Assembly: GCA_016180645.1 (NCBI GenBank) | Contig: JACPAV010000013.1 | Span: 62,001-89,048, forward strand | From: Nitrospirota bacterium | GTDB taxonomy: Bacteria; JACPQY01 | Direction: 5' to 3' | Length of the DNA stretch: 27,048 bases | In this document: piece by piece, positions 8,260 to 16,038 of the stretch | How positions within the stretch are numbered: position 1 is the stretch's first letter | How the letters are laid out: each line of letters starts with the position of its first letter | Translations under genes and position numbers: made by a program | The notes under the pieces: generated by a model | What the model was told of the DNA's origin: nothing | Databases searched by the model: none | Seen by the model: the letters and a program-made list of their open reading frames with translations, nothing else

Positions 8260-11200
8260 CCAGCCCTCTGGCTTGCACCGACCGGTCATACATGGCCTCC
8301 GCGAACGGGGGAGGCACGGCATATTTACCCTTGTTCACGGGCCGTATCTGGTAGACGAACTCCCGGGTCTTTTCGCCGATGGCGCCGAACAAGATGACTC
8401 GATCCTCGCGAACGTCCGCGTGGTCGGGTCGCCATGAACTCCCGGAGGCCGCGATGCGAACGTTACCCTTCTCGCCCTCCTCGGGATCCATCACCACTTC
8501 GAAGCCGCCCGGCAGGAGGTCCACAACGGCCACGTCCGAATGGTTCATGCCGTCAAGCGCCCTCATCCTGAGATGAACGGAGACGTGTGACCCGACAACG
8601 GGAATGGAGCCTTTCGCGATTTCAAACTCCCGGAACACCTCCATCTTTTGCTTCAGTTCCTGTGCGGGAGCGGCGAGATCGAACCCGCTCTGCGATACTT
8701 GGTAGAAAAGGATCCAGTCGCCTGAATTCTTGATCCTGACCTTCACGGCCTTTTCGGAATAGGCGCTCCGGGGGAAGGATCCTCCCGAGAGCACCAAGGG
8801 TTGAGACGCTCCCGTGGTAAGGATTTCCGACACCGTGACGTCGTTTCCCTTCGGCCGGCCGGTGACACCGGCGTAGCCGTGGAGTGCAAGGATGGAGTAG
8901 GCCGAGGAGGTGGTGTTGAAGCGGCCTCCGACGATGGGGTCGATGATGTGGAGGAGTTCGTCACCGCCTATGGCGTGCAATTGCTCGGGGAAGTGTTTGG
9001 ATACGATGTAGAGATAGACGGCGTCTCGGGTCAGAGTGTCATAATACTCATCGTAGTCCTCCTCCTGTGGATCACCCAGGCGTGATGGCGAAATCAAGGC
9101 GTTCGCTTGACGATCCAACCGGAGCAGCTTGTACACCGCCGCCAGGTAGACTCCCGTGAGGTCTTTCTCCCACTTCCCGGGAAGATTCTTGTCGAGCCAA
9201 GTTCTCAGCGCGTCCAGGGTGCCGGTGGTGATCTCGCTATTCCGGGTCAGAACATACAGTGAGTATGCACGAACTCTGGCTTCCGAAAGAGCGTCAACGT
9301 CTTTTCCGGAAAGATAACGCAGGTAGTTCAAGCCTCGCTTGAGGAGATCCTCGGGGACGGACAGACCTCCTTCTCGGGCCTCGGAAAGGAAGTGCATTGC
9401 GTAGACGGACTGGAATGGGGAGACGTGGGAGTTGGCCGCCCAGAAGCCGAATGCTCCTTCGGCGTTCTGACGGGCCCGCAGGATTCTGAGCGTGTCGGCC
9501 ATGCGGGTTTCGATTTCCCCGGGTTTGTAACCGAATTCGGGATACTGGCGGAGGACAATTGATGGGAAAGCTTGGCTGACCAGTTGTTCCGTGCACCCAT
9601 AGGGGAATTTCTGAAGGTAGCCCAGCAACCCATTGGCCAGACCCAAGGGCAACGTGGAGGCGCTGACCTCCAGGACTCGAAAATCGGGGTACAAGCGACG
9701 GCTCACAGTCACTTCGGCTTGCCCTCCACGGATGTGACCTCCGGCAACGGTGGTCACAAGCGGAGCGGGCGGTCGGATACTGAGGTCAACCGTGGCCGTG
9801 GACCGTTGCTCCTTCCAAGAGCTGATGAAACTCAGGTTCCCCGATCCCAGAACGTCCTTGGCCCGGACCCTGAATGCGGCCACCCCTTCCCGGCCCTCGG
9901 CAATCTTCAGCGTCTGGCGGGTGGGTCCCAAGAGCTCGAGGTGGTGGGAAGCCTTTGCCTCAACTTCGATCCCCGCATCCGGCCCCGATCCTTCCGCGTT
10001 GTTATGGACCACCACACTTGCCTCGAATTCATCACCTGGTGAGGCGAAGGTGGGGATGTTGGGATCGACGACGAAGGGTCCCCTCACAAGGCCCTTCCTC
10101 TCCGCCACGCCGATCGCGTCCGCAAACACCGCAACGGCCATGACCCGCACCGTGCCGTTGAAGTAGTCGGGCATGGGATAGACGAGCTCACGCCACTGGG
10201 AATCGGTATCCACCATTCCAGACCAGTACGCCACGGGTTTCTGGCGTTTGCGCTTGAATGGATTCAGGTTGCTTCCGAGAGCGTACTCATCACCCCCCGG
10301 AGAGAACAGCGATTTCAGGTGTCTGAATTCCGGCAGGATCAGATCCACGGTCTGCGCGGTCCGGACCTCCAGCGCCCGCCTTTCGAAGAACTTCGCCAGC
10401 GGGTTGGGCGTTTTGTAGGCGGCCACCTGGAGGATTCCCTCGTCAATGGCGTACACGACGATCTTTCCCGGCCGGTCGCTTCGATAACGGATGGAATAGG
10501 GATCTCCCGGTAGAGCGAGGGCGGGGATGTCCAGGTCCACCTTGGCGGTTCTTCTTTCGAGGCTGACGCTGAAAGGGATGACGCCGTAACTCAGTGGGCT
10601 CATGAAGATTTCCGGTGATGCGGTATCTCGGACAAATTCCACGTTCACAAATCCGTTGCCCTCCAGGTCGGCCGGCACTCGAATCCTTTGCACGGTATTG
10701 GTGGAGCGCGACTGGAACCACTTGGATGCGTATACGCGCTCGCGCTCCACGGTAATCAGCCCGGCTCCGTTGTACGGCGCCGTGATTTGCATTTCGATCT
10801 CGTCTCCCGGCGCGTAGTCGGTTTTGCTGAGCTTGATTTGAAGTTCTGCGTTCCGCTCGAGAGATCGACTCAGGTTTGCTTCCCCGATAACGCTGAATCC
10901 GGCCCGCAGGAGTTCGGCTCCCTTTTCGTCCTGAACGAGCAATACAAAGTCGCCCGGTTTTTCGGTGGGCAGGGCGTATTCGAGACCCTCGGCAGCGAGG
11001 GCAAGAGTCTCGACCTTTACGGGATTCTCCTTCTGGACGGATTCATATTTGTAAGTTCCATCTCTTTGACGGAGGAGAACGGAAACGTATTGTTGTTCAA
11101 TCACGCTGCACCGGAGTCCGCGCACGGGGGCCATGGCCAGCTTGGGGTCCACGGCGATGATTCTGAGAGTGCGCTTCGCGTCCCGCTTCACATATTTCAA

Positions 11201-14026
11201 GTCGCCGTCCGGCTTGTACCCGAGAAGGAAGGGGAGGTCCGAAACGAGGGCGACGTTTTCGGAGGTTACGGCTCGGCCCGCACCGGATTCGTAAGCTTCG
11301 GCCACAAAGATCATCCGATAAACGGCCCGGTCGAAACGTTCGAGGTGCAGGTCGAACTCCGTCCGGCCTTCCTCGTCGGTGTGCCACTCTTCCAGCCTCT
11401 CCGTAAAGGCCTTCTTCTCGCGGTTCGGATCGTAGAACGTGAAGTCGGCATAGGGGCGGAATGAAGGGTAGCTTGGCGTAAGAGTGATGCTGGCCGCCAC
11501 GCGCCGGTTGGTGGCCGGCGTCCCGATTAGATTTCGGAGTGAAACGGATACCTTCAGGCCATCGGGTGACACCCATCCTTCTCGTCTCTCGTCCGAGAAT
11601 CTGGAAACAATCGTCATGCGATCCGGCAGGAACTCCTCGACGCGGACGGGCACCGATGCCAAGAGGCTGGCCGCCCGGTCATCCTTCACGACGTAGGCCC
11701 CGATCTGGTATCCGCCCGTCGGGCCGTTTTCCTCCGTTCTGTAGAGGATTTCTTCGAACCCGCTTGGAGACAGTCGGATCCTTTTTCGCTGGACAACAAG
11801 TCCACGCGGGTCCGTGATGACGGTTTCAAGGGGAACGCCGCCCAAATCCTGCTTCCAGTCCGGCGGCTTCACAATCAGTCCCACCCGGATCTCATCTCCC
11901 GGCCGGTAGATTCCACGGTCCGAGAAGAGGTACGCGAGGAGTCGTCCGGGTTCCGTGGTCTCAAGCCCGCCGACGTCGAAGCGGGAGAAGTTGAGTCGGC
12001 GGTCGGCCCAGTCATAGGGCATGAAGGAGAGGTCCGCCGCGTGCGTCGCAACATAGGCCGTGGGAGTCTTCTCCCGGTCAAAATCTTTCAACGACGGAAA
12101 GATCGTAGTCCCGTCGGACCCGGTTGTTCCCGAGACCACCGGCAGGCCGTTCTTGCCGATGACTTCCACCTTCGCTCCGGCCACCGGCCCGCCGTCCGCA
12201 AAAGACATCAGGAACACCTGACGCGCTCCATCCCTGGCTTCCTTCACCAGCAGCCCCAAGTCCGTGACGAGGACAAGCCGATTGTCCTTGATGCCCGTGG
12301 TCTCTTTCTTCTCCTGATCCCAACTTTCAGCTTTCAAAAGGAACAAGCCGCGTCTTGTCTCGGCCTCGCCTGCGAGATACACGGACAAGTCGAGAGCGGT
12401 GTACTGTGCCTTTCTCAAATCATTCCTGGCAAACTCGCGAATCTCCACGAAACGCTCCGTGATGTTCTCGGGTCCGAAATTCCAACTGAATCCGGGGTTG
12501 TGGAACTCTTTCTGGTAACCGGTGGTCTGGCTCACCAGATGGTTGATCTGGTGCGGTAGGACACGAGCAATCTCGAACCGAATGGCCTCGATGCCGTTGG
12601 AGACGATGGAGATCTTTTTCTCACCGCTCATGCTCAAGATGGCCCCGTCATGCATGATCTCCAGAGATTTGGGGAACTCGGGGACCCCGGCCACTTTGTC
12701 GAAGGTGTCCGCGAGCACATACCCGCCGTGAGAGCGAAGTCCCTTGTTGATCTTGACATAGAGGTGTCTCCCCGGTTCGGCCTTGAACTTGAAGCTGTGG
12801 AGAGTGGCGTGCTCGCGCTCCGTGGGAAGCGCGTCGAGGCCGAGAGGTTCACAGAGATCGAGGACTTCCGGACCGATCATTCCCGCGTCGTACCAATCGT
12901 AGTTCTTGACGGCGGATCGTCCTTGAATCGATGGTAGATCGCGCGGGAGGAGGCAGACGTGCAACGTTGTGCGGAGATCTTGGTCCGATACTCCATCGGT
13001 CGTCGCAAGAACGAGGATTTGTTCAGGCTCATATTTTTCGTTTCGAACAATGGTCAGCTCGGCGGATTCCACTTTGAAGAAGTCATACATCCCCGGAATT
13101 CTTACCTTCGACTCAAGTTCTTTTTGGAATCGAGGCCCCCCTCGCAAGGAACGCACTCCTGCTGCCAAGTGAATCGTCATGTGGGTATCCTTCAGCGCGA
13201 TACGGACGGGATCGGAGTGGATGTAAGCCTCGCCCTTGAAATCGTCGTAGGTGACTTTGAAGGGGAAGGATTCGCCGCCGATGCCGAGCACGCCTTGGCG
13301 TTGGCCTTCCATCCGAAGAACCAAGCGCGGCTCGAACTCCGAAGGATCCACCGGATGGGTAAAGGAAACAGTGGCCACTACCTTCTTGAGGTCCGCATGC
13401 TCCGGGTCTTGGTAAAATTCGGCGCGTTCCAGGGCGACCTCAAAAGGCGCCGACTGAAACTTGATTTCGTAGGACTCCGGATGAACATGAGTCGGAAATA
13501 AATTCCGGTCGAATCGGACGGAGTACTCTTGACCGACGCCCCACTCCTGTTCCGGATTGAACTTCAGTTCTCGATCGGTTTCCCATACCCACTTTCCCTT
13601 GAGGGGCGGCGAAACGAGAAGACCGGCTTTGATTTCCTTGCCCACCTGCTCCAATCGGGCTGCGGAGTCGCTGAACTCGATGGACAGCGGGTCCGGTACG
13701 GCCCCTTTCTCCAATCGGGTCGGTCCGGGTGGGGCCGGCGTGGCGACAAGCTTCACCGGTCGAGGCCGGATCCTGAACCAAGCGTAAAGCCCGCCCGCCG
13801 ATCCTACCGCTAGGGCCAGCACGCCTAGATAAAGCGCCGCTTTACGCTTGTGGGTTCGGACCCAAGTGGGCACATCCCAACGCAACGTTGCGAGAGCCGG
13901 AGAAATATGTTCTCGGAATGTCGGCCACCAGGGAGGCGGAGTCCACGAAAGTGTTCCGAGCATTCGCGGCGACCACTTGGAAATGAACTGCCTGATGGAG
14001 CGAATAGTGGACCGGACCCTATTCAA
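8216..14026 (-). CDS. Bacterial alpha-2-macroglobulin (YfhM-like), thioester-containing
   Basis: About 1936 aa; YLFSDRGIYRPGD (MG2), VEEFLPDRM, YAIDEGILQ, PDYFNGTVRVMAVA, thioester FPYGCTEQ, VVDLLPGGFE, DVREDRV; paired with pbpC. Start is TTG 14026 (overlaps upstream stop) or ATG 13963. Confidence 0.95.
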   Translation of the reverse strand: MNRVRSTIRSIRQFISKWSPRMLGTLSWTPPPWWPTFREHISPALATLRWDVPTWVRTHKRKAALYLGVLALAVGSAGGLYAWFRIRPRPVKLVATPAPPGPTRLEKGAVPDPLSIEFSDSAARLEQVGKEIKAGLLVSPPLKGKWVWETDRELKFNPEQEWGVGQEYSVRFDRNLFPTHVHPESYEIKFQSAPFEVALERAEFYQDPEHADLKKVVATVSFTHPVDPSEFEPRLVLRMEGQRQGVLGIGGESFPFKVTYDDFKGEAYIHSDPVRIALKDTHMTIHLAAGVRSLRGGPRFQKELESKVRIPGMYDFFKVESAELTIVRNEKYEPEQILVLATTDGVSDQDLRTTLHVCLLPRDLPSIQGRSAVKNYDWYDAGMIGPEVLDLCEPLGLDALPTEREHATLHSFKFKAEPGRHLYVKINKGLRSHGGYVLADTFDKVAGVPEFPKSLEIMHDGAILSMSGEKKISIVSNGIEAIRFEIARVLPHQINHLVSQTTGYQKEFHNPGFSWNFGPENITERFVEIREFARNDLRKAQYTALDLSVYLAGEAETRRGLFLLKAESWDQEKKETTGIKDNRLVLVTDLGLLVKEARDGARQVFLMSFADGGPVAGAKVEVIGKNGLPVVSGTTGSDGTTIFPSLKDFDREKTPTAYVATHAADLSFMPYDWADRRLNFSRFDVGGLETTEPGRLLAYLFSDRGIYRPGDEIRVGLIVKPPDWKQDLGGVPLETVITDPRGLVVQRKRIRLSPSGFEEILYRTEENGPTGGYQIGAYVVKDDRAASLLASVPVRVEEFLPDRMTIVSRFSDERREGWVSPDGLKVSVSLRNLIGTPATNRRVAASITLTPSYPSFRPYADFTFYDPNREKKAFTERLEEWHTDEEGRTEFDLHLERFDRAVYRMIFVAEAYESGAGRAVTSENVALVSDLPFLLGYKPDGDLKYVKRDAKRTLRIIAVDPKLAMAPVRGLRCSVIEQQYVSVLLRQRDGTYKYESVQKENPVKVETLALAAEGLEYALPTEKPGDFVLLVQDEKGAELLRAGFSVIGEANLSRSLERNAELQIKLSKTDYAPGDEIEMQITAPYNGAGLITVERERVYASKWFQSRSTNTVQRIRVPADLEGNGFVNVEFVRDTASPEIFMSPLSYGVIPFSVSLERRTAKVDLDIPALALPGDPYSIRYRSDRPGKIVVYAIDEGILQVAAYKTPNPLAKFFERRALEVRTAQTVDLILPEFRHLKSLFSPGGDEYALGSNLNPFKRKRQKPVAYWSGMVDTDSQWRELVYPMPDYFNGTVRVMAVAVFADAIGVAERKGLVRGPFVVDPNIPTFASPGDEFEASVVVHNNAEGSGPDAGIEVEAKASHHLELLGPTRQTLKIAEGREGVAAFRVRAKDVLGSGNLSFISSWKEQRSTATVDLSIRPPAPLVTTVAGGHIRGGQAEVTVSRRLYPDFRVLEVSASTLPLGLANGLLGYLQKFPYGCTEQLVSQAFPSIVLRQYPEFGYKPGEIETRMADTLRILRARQNAEGAFGFWAANSHVSPFQSVYAMHFLSEAREGGLSVPEDLLKRGLNYLRYLSGKDVDALSEARVRAYSLYVLTRNSEITTGTLDALRTWLDKNLPGKWEKDLTGVYLAAVYKLLRLDRQANALISPSRLGDPQEEDYDEYYDTLTRDAVYLYIVSKHFPEQLHAIGGDELLHIIDPIVGGRFNTTSSAYSILALHGYAGVTGRPKGNDVTVSEILTTGASQPLVLSGGSFPRSAYSEKAVKVRIKNSGDWILFYQVSQSGFDLAAPAQELKQKMEVFREFEIAKGSIPVVGSHVSVHLRMRALDGMNHSDVAVVDLLPGGFEVVMDPEEGEKGNVRIAASGSSWRPDHADVREDRVILFGAIGEKTREFVYQIRPVNKGKYAVPPPFAEAMYDRSVQARGLGGTIEVAGPVESAH

Positions 14027-14417
14027 TCTTGAATTCCAATTTCTTCAACAGTTTCCCGTCGCTTGAGAGGACCTCCACCCTCCAACCACCGGTCCATTCC
14101 GGGAGGATTCTCTTCTCGCTCCATGTGCGCCAGGACTTGGCCCCCACAGGTAAGTTCAGTTCAAACCGTTTCTGATCACCGTGGTACCAAACGTGGGTGA
14201 CTTGAGTTGGGACCTCGGCCCCTTCAATCCGAGTGAAGGCGATAAGCCGGTCAACAGTCGAAGGGAAAGTGCCGGCATCCCCCTTGGGCTCCTTGTTCTC
14301 GATGGATGTTGCAATGGCGGCCCTCGTAACGTTCAGCACTTCCGATTGGGCCAGGTTCACACCGAACCAAAAGAGTGAGACCGCCATCCATCCGGTTCTA
14401 ATTGCGCATCTGTTCAT
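14019..14417 (-). CDS. Secreted DUF2914-like domain protein
   Basis: 132 aa with signal peptide; IENKEP, AFTRI, HVWYH, WRTWSEK, GGWRVEV match the DUF2914 pattern as I recall it; strong SD GAAGGAGG. Confidence 0.8.
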   Translation of the reverse strand: MNRCAIRTGWMAVSLFWFGVNLAQSEVLNVTRAAIATSIENKEPKGDAGTFPSTVDRLIAFTRIEGAEVPTQVTHVWYHGDQKRFELNLPVGAKSWRTWSEKRILPEWTGGWRVEVLSSDGKLLKKLEFKIE

Positions 14418-14449
14418 CCCCGCACCTCCTTCGTCGGTAGAATGCAGCC

Positions 14450-14478
14450 ATGCTACCTCCCTCCAAGTCGTGATTCAA
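14450..14478 (-). promoter_or_regulatory. sigma70-type promoter of the DUF2914-A2M-pbpC operon
   Basis: Minus strand TTGAAT-17 nt-TAGCAT, about 32 nt upstream of the ATG at 14417. Confidence 0.6.
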
Positions 14479-14723
14479 CCCTTTGTTGCCGATCCCGATT
14501 GGGGTGATGGGGCCACCGGGGATCTGTCAAAGACTGAGAGGAGCGACGGGAGACGCTCTACGCGCCTACGGCAGTAAGCGAAATATCCTTGACCCGATCG
14601 GGGGGAAGGTCGAGGGCATGTCGGGAGGTGGGGGTGTGAAACGCGGCCGGTTGATAGTTTACGCCTTGGAATCTCAACTAGAATGGAGCAAATCATCTCG
14701 TCCAAAAGGCAAAACAGAGGAGT

Positions 14724-15890
14724 CTACTTGAGCAGAGTCGGGAGAGTCCGGACGAAATCGTCGGCTGAATAGGCCTTCACGCCGGGAGCGAGGACGCGAT
14801 TGCCGGGAGTTCCCCGGTGAACTAGGATTGGGGCGGTTTCGTAGCGTTTGATACTCCGCGACAGGCGTTGAAGAGGCCCCGCCATTTCCGGCCGCGGAGT
14901 GCGCGAAGCTTTTACCTCCAGCAGCGTCAGTTTCCGACCCTCGGAGGGTACTAGAAAATCCACCTCCAGCCCCTGCTGGTCGCGGAAGTAGTACAGCCGG
15001 CGATTTCGCCCGGAGTTGAGTTCGTACTTGATGATCTCAGAGGCGATCCATCCCTCGAACAGCGGCCCGAGGAACGGGGATCGCTCCAGCATTTGGGGCG
15101 ATTCAATCCCCAAGAGGTGACAGGCCAGGCCGGAGTCCGTGAAGTAGATCTTGGGAGACTTGATCAATCGCTTCCCCAGATTTTCATAGTAGGGTGGTAC
15201 GATGAGGATCTGCATCGTGATTTCGAGGAGGTCCAACCAGTTGGATACCCCAGGCACCGATAGGCCGAGGGGCGCAGCGAGATCGGTTTTGTTCAGGACC
15301 TGTCCCGATCGGGTGGCCAGGAGGGAAAGAAATCTGCGGAACGTCGCCAGATCGCGGATGGCGCTGATCGACCGAATATCTCTCTCCAAGTACGTCTGGA
15401 GATAAGAGCGGTACCAGATGCCGGGTCGCGACGGGTGTAGGATGACTTCCGGAAATCCGCCTCGGAACAGCGTCGCCTTCGGCGTCTCGCGGGCAGAAAG
15501 CGGCAGCAGGTTGAACACGGCCGCTCGGCCGGCGAGCGACTCTGTAACTCCCCGCATCAGAGGAGCCTCCTGCGAGCCGGTGAGCAGCCATGGACCCCGC
15601 CGACCCTTTGCAAGATCGATTCGAGTGCGGACGTAGTTCAGCAGCTCAGGTGCATTCTGCACCTCGTCAAGGATAACCGGCGGTTTCAGTTCGTCCACGA
15701 ATCCCCGCGGGTCGGATCGTACCCGCGCGATGAGATCCGGATCTTCGAGGAGGTGGTAGTCGGCTTTGGGGAAGACCCGGCGAAGCAGAGTGGTCTTGCC
15801 GGATCGCCTGGGGCCGGTGACGATGGCGGCGGGGAATCGTCGCGCAGCCGCGACGAGCAGAGGGGTCAGGTCCCGGGTAAAATAGGTCAT
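14724..15890 (-). CDS. AAA+ ATPase (AAA_14) with DUF4143 domain
   Basis: Walker A GPRRSGKT, Walker B VILDEVQ, LLTGS, YLERDI, HTH-like LNKTDLAAPLGLSVPGVSNWLDLL, KRLIKSPKIYFTDSGL, C-terminal YFRD..EVDF..EVK; start ATG 15890. Confidence 0.92.
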   Translation of the reverse strand: MTYFTRDLTPLLVAAARRFPAAIVTGPRRSGKTTLLRRVFPKADYHLLEDPDLIARVRSDPRGFVDELKPPVILDEVQNAPELLNYVRTRIDLAKGRRGPWLLTGSQEAPLMRGVTESLAGRAAVFNLLPLSARETPKATLFRGGFPEVILHPSRPGIWYRSYLQTYLERDIRSISAIRDLATFRRFLSLLATRSGQVLNKTDLAAPLGLSVPGVSNWLDLLEITMQILIVPPYYENLGKRLIKSPKIYFTDSGLACHLLGIESPQMLERSPFLGPLFEGWIASEIIKYELNSGRNRRLYYFRDQQGLEVDFLVPSEGRKLTLLEVKASRTPRPEMAGPLQRLSRSIKRYETAPILVHRGTPGNRVLAPGVKAYSADDFVRTLPTLLK

Positions 15891-15891
15891 G

Positions 15892-15925
15892 TGAGGATTA
15901 TGAACTGATAGTTTAGAATACTCAA
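15892..15925 (-). promoter_or_regulatory. Leaderless sigma70 promoter overlapped by a 33-bp imperfect palindrome
   Basis: Minus strand TTGAGT-17 nt-CATAAT-6 nt-ATG; plus strand TGAGGATTATGAACT-GAT-AGTTTAGAATACTCA has 12 of 15 arm positions complementary. Confidence 0.7.
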
Positions 15926-16038
15926 GACACACTAATGGTCCACCGAGGCACGCTCCTCTCTATCCGTTGCGAAGAGGGAGGACAAAAGGGCAGGGCGTCC
16001 ATCGATTCCCCACGCTGTGTTGATTTCTGACGGGGAGC

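Noticed and set aside
14479..14723. ncRNA or small gene in the 245-bp intergenic gap
   Set aside because: Only short GC-rich hairpins (e.g. GATCCC/GGGATC, GAGCG/CGCTC) that could arise by chance; overlapping small ORFs lack SD and motifs; no family recognised
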